DNA from: Sphaerodactylus townsendi
Taxonomy: Eukaryota
DNA length: 64,000 bases
NCBI RefSeq assembly: GCF_021028975.2
Contig: NC_059434.1
Coordinates: forward strand, 42,904,001 to 42,968,000
Direction of reading: 5' to 3'
The translations under genes and the position numbers were made by a program. Below, in pieces: positions 11,990-26,548 of this stretch (its first letter is position 1; each line of letters begins with the position of its first letter). The notes below the pieces were generated by a model that made no database searches, had not been told where the DNA came from, and saw only the letters and a list, made by a program, of their open reading frames with translations.

Positions 11990-14110
11990 AAATTTTCAGG
12001 TGACTTCACGCATATCTCACCTCGTGGCAATAGTGTTCTAGATTATGTTCTAGTTTCACCAAGGTATTATTCAGTCTTTAAAAAATTCACCTCAAGTTTG
12101 GAGTGACCACATGCCTCTTGTGGTTCATCTGTCCGTAGGCCCATCAAGAGCTGTGACTACATCCTGCTCTCATTCTATATTGCACAAAATCAAGTGGAAT
12201 GAGCTTACTAGACAGGCCACTGACTCTCCTCTTCACAGTCCTCTGCTGATGCAATGCAGATCTGCTCTGATTTCATCCTTATCCTTGGACGACTGCATTG
12301 CTAAATTTGAGAATCTGACTCAATCATTGGTTGGGGCCCTTGCAACTCCAATCAAAGCCCGTGTTCCCCCCAAGGTAACTTCAGATCCCAATTTCACTGT
12401 GGAATGCAAGACAACCAAAAAGCATATGAGAAAGATCTTTTCTGCCTATAGGTGCCAGTGTGCTGCTAACCTTCCCGAGGAATATTTTACACTCATGAAC
12501 CATCTATCACTCCTCCTTTGAGAAAATTGTCGCAGGCAAACTAGTATAAAGTGGAGCACTCTCATTCAAGCAGCCCAATCAAATGATTCCAGAGGTTTTT
12601 GGCAACTAGTCACAATGGAATGTGTACATCTGTCCTTTCTGTCTCCAACATTGACTCCCATACCAGGCACAAGTATTTTTGTGAGCTGTTTGGTAATGAG
12701 ACAGACATCACCAATAGGGATGTTTTCCCTTTCACTGGCGATGTTCCCTGCTGGCCTCCAGTTACTAAAGATGAAATAGGGTTATTAATTGATGACCTTA
12801 ATTCTAACAAAGCACTTGTCCAAACAGTATTCCAGTCGAAATTTACAAATTGTTTATTGATTGGTGGTCTCCCCTATTAGCCACCCTATTCACCATGGTG
12901 AATAATTTGGGTCATGTCCCTTCTTCCTGGACAAATGCCACTATTATCCCCTTGTTTAAAAAAGGTGATCATAATTTGCCAGTTAACTATAGATCTATCA
13001 GTTTTTTGGCGATTTCTGGCAAATTATATGCCAAATTACTATTGAATGACATTCTTTCTTGGATCTCACTGGAAAAGATCATTGGTATCAAACAGATTGG
13101 CTTCATGAAAGGGAAGTCTATCCTAGATCATTGCCTGATTTTGAGTACGCTCATCTCAAAATATGTGCAAAAAGGCAAATCCAGTCGTTACGTAGCCTTC
13201 ATAGACTTAAAAGGGGCATTTGATTTTGTCAACAGGGGCCTCTTGTGGTCCAAACTGATCAAGCTTGGAATGGACCCCAGGCTTCTTATGCTGATAATAA
13301 TATCACTGAATGAAAACCCCACCTGCCAAATCAGAATCAATCCATTAGGCCACTTAACCCCCAAAATTATTATCTCCCAGGGAGTCAAGCAAGGTTGTGT
13401 GCTAGCCCCTGTACTGTTTAATCTCTTCCTGAATGAGCTTGCCCCAACCCTGAACCACATTGTCCTCATTTGGATAAGGTTTTGGTTCCAATCCTATTAT
13501 ATGCTGATGATGCAGTTCTGCTGTCCTGCTCAAGGGTCGGCCTCAAGAATTTACTCCTCAAATGTAACAACTACTGCACCTCTAATCAGCTTTCAATCAA
13601 TCCAAAAAAAATCCAAGGTCCTGGTTTTTTCAAACATTTGTAGCCCTATGTCCTGGTCTATTCAGGGCTCAGATCCTTCAGATATTTAGGGGTTGTCTTC
13701 CAGCATAAGCCTGGCTGGACTAAATATAGAGACAAGGCCCTGAAGGGTAGCAAATGTGCTTCTGCTGCTGTTCTGAAGTTTTTTACCCTCAGTGGCGGCA
13801 GATTCATTTCGACAGCCCTGAAAGTATTTAACATGAAAGCGATTCAACATCTTATGTACAGGGTTCCTATATGGATCCACACATAAAAATCCAAGCTTGA
13901 ATGGTTGCAGTCTAACTTCTCATATAAGGTCTTTGGAGTTCCTCACTGTGTCCCCTATGCTGTCCTCTGCCTTGAGGCAGGACAGCATCTTCCGGAAACC
14001 AGGGTGTGGGCCACCATTTTCAAATTTTGGATGCGCCTTTGTTTTCTTTCTGACTCTCACAGCCTGGTCCAACTTGTGAAGGGGGCTCACCTTTTTTTAA
14101 CACTACTTAA
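11990..14110 (+). mobile_element. Degraded non-LTR retrotransposon, probably RTE-X-like: APE endonuclease C-terminus plus reverse transcriptase
   Basis: GDFTHISPRGNSVLDYVLVS and SDH (APE). ORF 12850-13689 contains IPLFKKG, NYRSIS, QIGF, AFIDLKGAFD and GVKQGCVLAPVLFNLF. Frameshifted LLYADD at 13500-13511. Multiple frameshifts and stops. Confidence 0.9.
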
Positions 14111-15167
14111 CAAATATCAGTTCTAGTGCTTACAGGTGTTCCTCTAATGAAGAAAGCTAGATAGAAAAATGCCAAGAATTTTTGGCACACAATAGCTTCA
14201 TCAAGGTATGCCTCATTTTTTGATTTAGGCTACAGATCTTTGAGGAATTCCTTAAAAAAGTAAAAGATACACTATTACCCACCAGTAACCCTCTCTCTTA
14301 AACTGCTGAATCACATCACCATTTTTTTAGACACAACAAAGATATTACATAAAACCAGAGGAAAGAGAGAAGTGTCAGTCTGTCTTCATTAAATCAAATC
14401 TGCCCCCAAAGCAACAGGAGACTTCTAGAAAAACAGGGAGAACCATTAAAATAACTGTGAAAACACAGTGAGCAGCCTTTCCTCATGGGTCAGAAAAGGG
14501 AGCTCTTGTATTTTGGGTGGCCTGAACAGATGGCTGTCTGTGTGCCTCCCAGACTGACTTCAGCTAGGGAACATAAGGCAACCAGCTGGTACTGAGAACC
14601 CCTTAATGCTTTAAATCCATATACCATCACATGTAGGGAAGCTTTTTAAAAAAATCATTATAGGAAAAGATTCAACAAACTGCACGTACTTTGTCTATCT
14701 TATCCTTGCAAATAAGTGTGGTTATTTGCTCAGATTTCTTACATAGGCTGATAAGACTGCAAAGAAAGCAAAACACAGAGCGATGAGGTTATAGGGGATC
14801 TATTTCTAAGACCAGTCTGAAAATGCATTCTATGCGCAAAGAGCCACAAAAGCCGATTTGTTGAGGTAGGATTGAGCGCACTCTACTGGCCAATAATGTG
14901 TACTTCAAGTTTCAACATTTTCAACACCATCATAAATATGTGCATAAATTGAAAAGCCTGTTACAGAAACTGAAATTTTGATATAAAGAGGCATGTAATC
15001 TTTCCTTCTTGGGATTGTAGAGAAAGCTTCAGAATAATGGAGGATGCCAGCTCTGGAAAATTTTAAGATGCCTGATTGCCTTAAGCCTTAAACATTCCAG
15101 ATTAAACTGCAAAAGTCGGAGGCATAGGTTTGTGTAGTCTTTCAGTTGCTTAAGAATGCTACTCCCA

Positions 15168-15198
15168 TACACACACATATATACACACACACACACAC
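15168..15198. repeat. (CA)n/(TA)n microsatellite
   Basis: acacacacatatatacacacacacacacac. Confidence 0.85.
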
Positions 15199-15320
15199 TT
15201 CTCAACCCTGATCTTTGGAGATTTTCCTCATTGAATCAGAGGACTTTTCTGCACTCTCATTTTCCTGGCTTGTAATTCCCTAGCTCTTTGATGAGAGGGG
15301 TTCAGTTTTGTATGTGTTTT

Positions 15321-15334
15321 GCTCCCTCTAGTGG
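15321..15334 (-). promoter_or_regulatory. CTCF-like motif CCACTAGAGGGAGC
   Basis: Close match to the CTCF core consensus; a second copy lies at 15895-15908. Confidence 0.5.
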
Positions 15335-15894
15335 TTGATTTGGCATAAAATAACTGTAAATCTCACATAAAAACCTGAAGAAAATCTGTAGGAAGATACA
15401 CTGGATTTAAAGCTGTTTGATATTGGACTGACTACTAGTGGAAGCAAACACATGCAGAACTGAACCCCCCCCCCCCCAAAGAAACAGGAACATATATCCA
15501 GGAAAATGAGAATGTGAAAAAGCCCAGGGTTTCCTCCTCTCTGATTTCATTTAATTTTAGGTTATTTACAAACTCATGCTGTTTCTACATATCTAGAATG
15601 CCTCTATGCAGACTGGAAGGCATGGTTAAGCAGTTTTTATGACTGGCTCAAGCCACCACATTTAATATTAAGTACTGTGATGGATAGGGAAGGCAATGGC
15701 TGTATAAAACCCAGCTGAAGACTTTCTATATGTTTAGAAAGGGGAGAGCTGGGAGGAGAAGGGGAATGTAAATGTTCTGTGGTATAATGGTAGTTTCTTC
15801 CCTATAATTAATATATAATTATTTTTATTTATTTAAAACATTTAAATATTGATGCCACTTTTCTTCCTCAATGGATGGCCCTCTTTATACTGTT

Positions 15895-15908
15895 GCTCCC
15901 TCTAGTGA
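15895..15908 (-). promoter_or_regulatory. CTCF-like motif TCACTAGAGGGAGC
   Basis: Same orientation as, and 13/14 identical to, the motif at 15321. Confidence 0.4.
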
Positions 15909-18900
15909 TTCTAGACTGAAACTGTACAGACCTCTAGCAGGAGTGGGGGGAGTCATATGAACTTGGTCAGACAGAGCAAGCTTAGGGCCTATAATTGTTT
16001 TACTATACAGAATAAATACAGACTAATAGAATGGAAGACCTTTGAACAGCCAGACAAATAGACAGAGGGATTTGGGGTAATGTTCCTGCTGTTTGAACCT
16101 GAACACTATTTCCAAGCTACATTTAAGCTGACTGGCCTATTAAAGAAGTACTTTGATCTAGTGGTGTGCACTGTTTTTTAAACAGTATTTTTCAGGTTTA
16201 CTAGTCCTGAAATTTTTCAAAAAAAACCCCTTAAAAAGCTGATTCCCAATATCATCTTTTTCAGGCTGTTTGAAAATGTTCAGGTCCATGAGACCTAAAC
16301 ACCCAACATATTCCTGCTGCCTCCAAGCTCCATGCAGAGCTGGAAGGCAGTATTCAGGCTCAAAGCTAAATGCTAGACTCTCAGTGCCAAACATTCAGTT
16401 CTGTGACTACCTGCTGCTTCCTAGTTCCACTAGGAGTGTGAAAGTGGCACACAGAAAATGCTGGACCCAGCCAGCCAACAGGTAAGTGAGCAGGAGATGG
16501 CAGGGTCAAAATGGTCCAAAAATGCTTTTAAAAACTGAATATTTGAAGATTCACTTTTTCAGCTCCCTGACATAGCTGCCATTTTTAGGAGCTCCCTCCT
16601 AACCCTCCCTCCCTCCTAATACTAATGATTTGGGGGGGGGGGGGGGTCAGATTGGCAAAATTGCATGCACCTACTTTGAACTTCTCTATGGTTTAATCAG
16701 CAAGCTTGCCTTCTATAACAGTAATATATACTAAGGGTATGGAAGGAGGAACCACATCCATAGCTTCAGGGTAACAGTTCAAGGGGAGGAGAATGGGGGG
16801 AAGGAAGAGGTTGTTCATCAACCAAAGATACAACCCCCTCTCAGCCAACTGACCCCCTCACTCACTAGTGAAACTCTGAGGGCCTAGCAAGTTGACCATG
16901 GCTGGGAAGTTTCATGGCCAAACTGATGAATGGCTAACTTTTTTTCCTGTAGTGCCAACAGTCTTGCAATCTAGTTTTCAATATGAAAGCTGCTTCAACA
17001 AATGATTCAGTGTGAGATATAATATTGCAGAAAAAAAGGGGGAAATGATGAAACCTACAAACAACCCAAAATGCATTTCATCACCAACGTTTTCACCAAC
17101 ATCAATCTAATGTTAATAATTTTGTAATACAAAGTACAAACTGTCTTTTAAAGTTACATCAAAATATGTCAACTTTACAGAGATCATAGACACTCAAATA
17201 TTTGCACACAGTATAGCATCCATAGAACTATTGTCACAGTGAGCTACTATGTGAGAAAATTTAGAATGCTCCTCACTTACATAGTGTTCTCTTGTAACAA
17301 CTCTCAGTGGGAATTATCAAGAGTGAAAACATGCTGAACTGACATACCCGTTGTATAAAGAAACCTGCAGGGGCTTTACATATTAGCTTACAACAAAGCT
17401 GAACTTGTCACTCAGTGTACGTGTCACCAACAGGGAACGGTAGCAACTCTAAGCTCTCTGACAAATGTGATGCTAAGAAACACAGTTTCGAACACCTATC
17501 TACCACCTGCACACGTTACATTTTTAGGTATCCACTTTAAAACCTTGGAGTGTGGAGAGTGCAGAAATCCTAACACAGTTGTATCCATTCATCCTTATAG
17601 AAACATTAGACACAGATAATGCTCTTGATAATGCACCCAAAATTTGGAAATTTTAAGGGTGTAACTATATGACCCATCAATCAACAAGTAGGGTCTTATT
17701 TCAGTAGCTTTTTCAAGCAGGGCCCCATTTCAGTTGTACAGCAACTCCAAGCTAAAATACAAGTGTGCCATACCATACTGCCAAGGGTCATGATGGTTGA
17801 TGGATGCTGAGCTCTGAGTCAAGCACAGTGTTCATACCTAGCCATACCTGTCATCACAAAGTGCAGTGTTAGAAAATGCAATGTATTTTTGAAGGAAAAG
17901 TCAAGTCAACCTTCTTTGATTCTCTAGTAAGGGGAACTAAAGCCTATTAAAACTACTGAACGAGGGAGGCTCATGTGGTGATTGTGCCACCTCTGATGGA
18001 AATAGAGTAGAGCAGCAACTCCTGCTTTGTATAAATATTTTAATATGCTAAATAAACCCATACAAACACAAATGTTTCTGTCAGAGTAATGACTTTCTAG
18101 GATCCTAATGAATTTAATTGTTAATGCAGAAGAAACTGATCCTTAGTAAAATAATTTCTAGCAGTTAGGTTCAAACTAATTGGTTCTCATGTGGGTGCAC
18201 ACATTTAGGTAAACAAATAACTTTTGAATTAGCTATTATCCAGTGACCCAGCTCCAGGTTTTCTTGTGGGTAACAAAAAAAGAAGCTTTTTTTAAAAAGT
18301 AAAGTCTGATCATTTTAACCCCCTTCCAAATAAATTCTTAATTCAACCAATTAGACACTATTGAGAATAAAATATGAAAACTGACCATTTGTAGTTCAAA
18401 AAACAATGCTTAGTTTGCCACAGTTTATTAGACATGAATTTTGAAAGCAGAGATCACTGCAGCAGAAGTGGAAATATAAACATGGATCAATACACATTGA
18501 GCTTTCAGAACTAGGTACCATGATCACAGCAAGAATCAGGATCCTGGGCACCAAACAAGCAAGTGATCTTGAGTCATGGTAGATACTTTACCTTAGTGAT
18601 AAACAATGCGATACCAGGGGCACTATCGTACCCACTTGCTTTATTTCCAAATCAAATATTAGTCTTCACTTTTCTTCTACCCCACTGATGTCCCTGCTTG
18701 TTGTCTTTCCAGAAACATTTATCCAACAACTACTGGACCCAGAATGTTGAATAAGGTTTCTAGACCTAGTGCCTCTGGACGTTCCTTGAGTTCTAATAGG
18801 ACAAGATTTTGGAGGCAGAGGAGGAAGAGGAGAATTATTGTCATTATCAACATAATTTTACCCCATCTTTCTCAGTGAGATTCAAGGTAAACTACAAAAT

Positions 18901-19816
18901 ATGAAAAATAATTTATAAAACAGTAATGATCGCCAATGTACAAAACAATGCAGTGGGGTGAGAACTGAAGTCTGGAAACACAGTGCAAGCAGAAAAACAC
19001 TGTCTAAGGCAGCAGTACTGGAAAAAATTAAGGCAATGAACTGTCGCAGGTGACATACAATACTGAAGAAAGGGTTATAAAGTGAAAGATATTGTATTCC
19101 AGTAAAAAAGGTGGGAAGTGATGTACAATTAACGTAGCAATACACTACAATACTATCCCTTCTGGAACTGGTCCCTCCTGAGCTGGTCCATTATACTGTA
19201 ATTCTGATCCTTTTATAAAAATGTCCTCCTGATCATTGTTAGTTTGCAGAAAGGTGCAGCAAGTAAAAGACTATTCTCCTTTGCTTAAGATTTCTTAAAT
19301 AGTGGTGCGGTAGAATATATTCACACAGGATGTGAAAAAGTGGAATTGTTAAAAACATTACTCTTTTAGCAAATGTTTATCTAATTGTTTTCCCAATTCT
19401 GTGAATTTATTAACTTGGAATGTTTCCATGACAATTAAATCAGATACAAGACCTCCTCCATGTCACTGTCCATGTGAAAAATGGAAAAGAAGATCCTTGT
19501 GCTGCTCCATCTGCATCCAACAGCAACCACTTAATAGGAATAATATTTAATATTTATTTCAAAATCTCAGTCAAAATAGTGAACTATAACAGAAATAAAA
19601 ATAAAACACTACTTACTAAATTCATGGTAAACTCTAACCAAATCAATATCTTTTAGCAGCAAGATCATAAGATGAGATCAGAAAATAAGGAAGTGGGCAC
19701 AGAGTATTCCCATCCAGATGCAAGTAGAGCTGGATCTCAGCATGTTTCACTTAGCAGTAGGTTTCAGAGTCTTGGAACCAACACAAAAACACACATAATC
19801 TATTAATCTCAATATC

Positions 19817-20252
19817 TGTGATGAATTGGTTTAGGCTTCAGGAAGGAAGCCAAGGAAGTCACACCAGCCTGTTAAAACCTTTGATCCTCAGAGAAACCAA
19901 ACTGGCCAGCCAAATGGTTTGGAACAAAGGATTAATTTAGAAGCACATGTCAATAACTGGAAGTTACCTGAGAGGCAAACTGAGACGAACTGAGACAAAG
20001 AGGCAAATTGAGGAATATGACTATGGACCGAGCCTGGGGAAGCATCTCTTGGCTTGAGGTCCGAACAGAATCATAAAGGGAAATCTCTGTAACAGGAATT
20101 TGTTTATTTCTTTGTTTTCAATTTTACAATAAAATCTTTGAGAACTCAGCGGTTTGGGGTATTTGGAGTATTTGGAGTTTGGAGTATTTGGAGAAAAGAA
20201 CCTCTGACAGAAACACAAGATTGAACCTCCCCCAGTCCTGGTTATTGTGACA
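19817..20252 (+). mobile_element. Possible solo LTR
   Basis: TGT...ACA ends, flanks atatc/atatt, internal short repeats, AATAAA near 20128. Confidence 0.35.
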
Positions 20253-20790
20253 ATATTATTTGCTTCCCAATTCACCATATTAGTTTCTGTCAGAGTAATA
20301 TTTGCAGTCTATCTGCTTATTCTGCCTTTGTATTCTAGCTCATGCTCCTAGGTCAGCCCCTTCTAGTCCCTGGACTGTAGCAGGTATTAATGCCCAGAAT
20401 GGTTCCTATTCCTCTGTGAAATGCTAAAATATATTTTATGGTTTTACTTCATTAAACCTCAGTTTAGTTCCTAGTTGGAATGTTTCAATGCTTGCAACTT
20501 CCCACCCCCAACACACACTTCCTATCACCAATATATAGCTTTCTTTGAATTTAGTCTCTAGAGCACTGGTATTTAATGTTTCTACCTCCCTGCCCCAGAA
20601 CCTATGGAGCTGAAAAAAATGTGACTGGACAGCATATGGTATCAGTGTCACAGAAAAAGAGGGAAACCAGATTTATGACCTTACTGTTCTCAAAACCAGG
20701 ACCATGAGCAGCTGACTGAGGGACAGAAGGACAGGAGATACAAGCTAAGCACCAGGAGATGTACCATAGAAAGGAACAAGACAATACACA

Positions 20791-20850
20791 CAAGTCTTCT
20801 TGCGGTTCAAGGTGTTAAATACACATCAAGTCTTCTTGCGGTTCAAGGTG
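20791..20850. repeat. Local tandem duplication of caagtcttcttgcggttcaaggtg
   Basis: Identical 24-mers at 20791-20814 and 20827-20850. Confidence 0.9.
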
Positions 20851-23699
20851 GCTTACATAATAGTCTAGAACCAAAATAGTCAAAACCAGAATAAAATGAG
20901 AAACCACAAATGTTTCCCTCTCTCTCCATAAAAAGTCAGTACTCTGGAGATATCTTCTACATCACCTAGAGATCTCATTTGACCATCCTGCTGCTCTTGT
21001 TAGTATGTATGCAGGGATGCGTGCATGCAAGGAAAGAAAGAGAAGAGTCATGAAACCATCTCTTCAGGCAGCAAGTCCTTCCAAAATGCACCCAAAATGG
21101 CAGTTCAATAGGGGCTTGTGACCAAGAGAGGAACACAATGATCTGATGGGTTAAAGAACACCACTTTACAGCAAATATTAAGTTTAACTCTGTTCCCTTA
21201 GAAAAGCATATCCCAAATGTTCCAAGATCGGTTTTGATTTCCCAAATTTAGAGCATTAATTAACTTTATTATCAGCACAGTCAATAAGAGTCAAAGGCTC
21301 CTGCCAATGACTGCTACGCAATTCCTTAGTACATTAAAGTATAGATTACATAAACTTTATATCATCATCAGGATTTTTAACAGATTTTTTTCCCTAGCAG
21401 TTCACTGCCTTGATTTCAACTGGGTTGTAAATCACTTTTAAACAGAAAACAATTTTTCTTTCAACACAATATTGCTAATTTGAATTGCCATCAGTACAGG
21501 TCATAGTTCACATTATTTATTGGGCCCATGTCCTGTTAACTATAATTAGCTGCATGTCCTCAATTTCTAAGTTTTCCCATGAAGCACATTTAAGCAAAGC
21601 CTGTAGTAACTACAAATGGCCACATTAGGGAGACAGTGAATCATCAAGAAAAACAAAAGGTATGAATTGGATCAAATATGATCAAATCCTCATATCTCTG
21701 CTTTGTTATTTTTAGCCACAAGAAATTCCAAAACAAAAAATTGGGTCATATATATTACAGCTTCAAGCAAAAAGTGGAACAGGGTTTTTTCCCCTTTTTG
21801 AAGTCTTCCTTTTCTATAACCACAAGGTTCCATCCCTCCCAATCCTTTGACTACCTCAAATTCCATTGCTTACTTTTCATTTCACTATATGGCAACCCCC
21901 AATATACTCAGGCCCTCCTCCCCCCCAAAAAAAATTCAGACTACAATCCTGTAAATGATGCATATAAAGCAGAAAACTAAAAATCAAGGAAATATTCCTC
22001 AGTTTTGCCGGTTTAAGAATAAAAAAGAGAGTACTTTGAACTCACCCAACCGGATGAAAGAACAGAAGAAACTTTCACATAATGTGTGTGAGGTGAAGAA
22101 CTTATCTTCATCATTATGTGTGATAATGTAGGTTTTTAAAGGATTGAGAGCACCTCAGTTCTAAGCAGCAATTTTAATTTTATGTAACTACTTGCAGTAT
22201 CACCAAGTTGCATGAGAAGAAACGCATAATTGCTGGAATCCATGTATCCTAACACAATCATGATCCCAAAGCATCTTGTGCTTTCTTATGGAAATGAAAG
22301 AAGCAAACAGAAAACATAGTGGCACCGAATTTTGGGGGATCCCACCCAGCTTATCAACTGCGTATACTAGTCATTTCAGTTCACACCTGTTCCTAGATGC
22401 AGTACAGAACTGAGCAAAGCAGAATGCGGCTAGAGAAAGACGGTGGGGCAAAGGTGAAAATTTCTATTACATCCACATAGCAGAAACAGAGCTGAATATT
22501 ATTGCAACAGTTGACCTGAGGTAATACGCAAGGAGGGAGACGTTAGCTGTAACATGATTTCAAGCAATGGATCTAAAATGGATTTGCACTGCTGCTTCAC
22601 ACAATAAGTGGATACAGGTGTTCAGATTTCCCATCTTTTCCCAACAATGAATCTGGTGATGGCTTTGTATTTTAATATCAATGTTTGTATTTTAATGGCT
22701 TACTCTTTCATTTCATCACCACAGCAATTCCCTAGACTTTGTCCTATAATACAACAAAAGGGAGCCTGTGGCAGCTTGTTTCTATAGCTTTAGCAGTAAC
22801 ACAGTCAAGCTTGCTGTCATACATTTCTTACCATTGCTTCGTTCAAATAGACAGGTAGTATTTGGTTCAGATAATCAGCTCATTTTCCCTTGGCAGCTTT
22901 TAGCTGCATTCAGATATCATGACAAATGTATTTGTTCATAATCTACATCATGGTCCCCAACATGGTCTCCACAGGCACATTACTGTGAAGGGGTTTGCAA
23001 CAGCACAAGATCTTTAAAGGAAAAAAAAGGGGAGCAGAATAAAGAAAACCTCAAAAGGGCCAAGGAGAAACCAGAGGGAACCTGGCCTAAGCTGAAGGGC
23101 CTGAGACCTGGCCTGAGACCACTGGGACTTGTGGCAACCAAATCATTTTAATAGCAATAACACTCCTGATCTTCCCACATAGCCTGCTTACAGTTTTTGC
23201 ATCTGCATTAAATATTTGGGTGCAGTTCTGTATTGGGCTCATTGGTACTCTCTAACTCTCCAGTTCAGGTTTGGATTAGTTTTGTTTCTTCTTCAATCTT
23301 CATTTGACCTTAATTAGGCATATCAACAAAACAAAATACAGGTCAGAGCGGGTGTTAAAACAGGACATAAAACTGGATAAAGCACGTAAGGTTGATACAG
23401 AAGAGATGGTCAAGTTTCCATTATGTCTTTGACTTGAGCACTTCTAATAAAAATTCAGCAGTTTTATTCCCTAGAGCCGGGACAAGTAGGGAGAGTCTAT
23501 GTAACGCTTACCTCGGGCAAGAAAATATAATATGCTCGAGGGTCTCAACAGTATCCTGACAATCTGCACATGTTCTATCTTGAAGTGGAATATTCAACTG
23601 CAGGCCCTTAAGAATGGCAGAGGGGAATGAGCTACATCTAGCTTGAGTGATGATCCATCTCTGCCTGGGCTGTGGATAATTTCAGGATAGATTCCAAAG

Positions 23700-24480
23700 T
23701 GCAAGGGAGATCAAGATGTCCTGGCTGCACTCAACAGCAACTGGTATTCCTGGTCCAGTAGCCTTCTTTTTAGGGATAGCCAAAGTAGTCATCCATGCTC
23801 TGGTTTCCAACAGGTGCTATTTTGATTCAAGACACAGAACAGCACATGGAACACAGTGGGGTACCCCAAAAATCTTATAGAGAAATTTGGATTGGACTCT
23901 CTGTACAGATTTGTTTCTAATAGGGAAATGTTGGTTTAGATTCAAGATGATTCTAAGATTTTAGGTGGACCATCAGTTTCAGTCCACTTTTAAAAAAATT
24001 GTACAGAAATGTATTTGATTTTGAGGCTTGGACTCTATACAGACCTCACACTTGGTTCAGAAGCTTTTCTCTGTGAGCAGTAAACAAATGGAGGGAAATT
24101 AGGTACTTCCAAGGACTGCCCATCACATCAATGACTCCAACAAGAACTGAGATATCACAGCTTTGCAAATACAAATAGCAAATTGTCTGGAGACAATGGG
24201 GTGACTAATTCGCACGTTGGCTGGGAAATGATACCCAGAAGGTGACAGAGATGTGGGTTGAAAGAATCTAGATAAGATCTTCTTGGCAACCCCAGGAAGA
24301 AGGGATTTGACCTGCAGAGGAGGTGGGCAGGCAGAAGAGGGATCCATTTTGTTGGATTCCCTTGTGACTCTTGGGATCTATTTTGATGATCACCATAGCC
24401 ACTGGAGTAGACAAAAATGGCTAGCTGCTTGGACAAGATTTCAAGGTAATGGAAAACTTTCAGATCTCTCAATTTAGATC
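23700..24480 (+). mobile_element. Highly degraded L2-like RT fragments
   Basis: VVIHALVSNR near 23786 and NCLETMG...LGIYFD near 24180-24390 resemble L2 ORF2 motifs. Confidence 0.35.
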
Positions 24481-26548
24481 TTCTAACTTTAATGAGTTTG
24501 CCTTAGAATAACATCAGCTAGGGCACATACATAGTCATGGGGCAGGAGATTGTGTGTTTGTTCTTTCGTTTTGTATCTCTTGCTCAATCTGTTGCTTTGC
24601 AGAGTATGTGTGTGTACTTTTTCCTTTTAGAAGGTTTTTTTGTATTATTTTAATTGCTTGCAGTTGTTCTCCATAGCACTTAGAACTCCACAATACGAGC
24701 ACACTAGTTGTAACAGGGGGCCAGGAAAAGGATGCCATTGGATGCATGCGCAAATGTAGTAACCTATCCATGCAGTAACCAAACTCCTGGGTAGTGGGAG
24801 ATGCAAGCACTAGGCAGAACTTTTAATCAGCAATGCAGAAAGGAAATTGGGGTGCTGGCCGTCTTGGTAGGTAATTCCAAAATTGACCAACTGCTGACAG
24901 TATACCAAAAGAGATGGATGAGCCAAGAAAGAAATACATCACTGGACAGAGATTCCCCAAACAGTGGAAATGGAGAGAAGTCCATGGATCAGCTGGTTAG
25001 TTCCATTATACAGACTGAAACACCTTGGTGAACTAGTTTTCTTGTTTGAGTTCAATTTCACCTTCCCTTCCTGATAAAAGTCATATTTTGTATTGCATCA
25101 TTTGTTGAACTCTTCCATCAGTATAGAAGCTCTGCATCATTTCTAATCTAAATCAGCATTTGTCTACACATCCTCAGAAGAAATACCTTGAAATTTGATG
25201 TGCTGAGTTCTGGAACAGTACACAATGTTCAGTGAATGCATACTACTCTCTAGAAGGTGTCAACAATTGGGTCCATGGACTGTAATAAAAAGACTGGGCT
25301 CAATATTTTCAGTTAGCACCCCATACCAAAGAAATTAATCCTTTCTTAATTCATCAAATTAAATGTAATTTTGTTAGTTTATATTCCTATTCACAAGGCA
25401 GGAGTTCTGTATATAAAACATCTGCCACTATCTCTAAGTCACTTAAGGCAGGTCCCACAATAGTAAGATAGACTAAGGGAAACTTCAACATCCCCAGAAA
25501 ATATCAATAGGGACATAGAAGTGGCTCAAGCCTACTTCTTTTGAACTTCTTTGGAAAATGGCACATCCCATCATGAAGAAGGCAACCAAAATTCCTTTCT
25601 GAATAATACCCACAAAGTGCAAACTGAGGATTTTTTTTAAAAAAATAGCATGGCTTCAGCACATAGCAAGCTGTCAGATGATTTGCACAGTACTTTTGCA
25701 TAAGGTCCAACACTCCCACCATCAGTACAAAATCTTTCCCTATCACTGGATGGTGTTTGTAACACTGTATACCAGTGGATGTTGGTGACATTAATCAGTA
25801 TTTTACTAACATGCTTAATAATTGTAAACTGTCATGCAAACAAGAAGTCATCTTTCCAGTTAGACCAATTTTCAATGCTAATATTTGTAATGGTATTATT
25901 AACAATTTGAGTTTGATTCCCAAAGTATTGCTTGCCAAGCTCTGTAAAAAAAAAGATCTTTAGATGAGGGATTATGTAAATTTCCCAACACAAACATAGA
26001 ATTGTTACTATGCAGAAATGTAGGTAGATTCATAAATAAATTCAATTTTAGTTTGACAATAAAACTGCAGTGCTTGAGAGCAAACACAAGATGTCTCCTT
26101 CAGTATAGCTTTCAGAATTTGCTTTATTTCAAGTGAACAACCACAAGACATTTTCTATGTTTTCATTTTTTTAAATGCATTTGGCATCCAACTGGCCTAC
26201 AAAACAACCACAAGACATGCTTTAAAAAAATCACATGTGGGATACCATTGGCCTGAAAAATTCAAGAACTGCATTAAGAGCAATTTACTGAGGCCCTTAG
26301 CTATTTGTTTGGTGTTTTCACCTCATTGTTTTAACTTTCACACCATTCAAGTATGTTCACCTGCATGCCTGGCTTAAGGAAAACAAACTTTAACTCCCAG
26401 TTTTAGAATGACTTGGCTCTTGTTAAATTATTGACATCAATCTGTGGTCAATTTATAAAAACAGTCAGTCAGAAGAAGTTCAAAATGACAATTGTGTCCA
26501 ACAATGTACACATCTTCAATAATACAAATCAGCTCTTAGGATTCTGAC

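Noticed and set aside
12850-13689. 279-aa ORF as a functional or domesticated reverse transcriptase
   Set aside because: The catalytic YADD is out of frame and the flanking ORF parts are broken.
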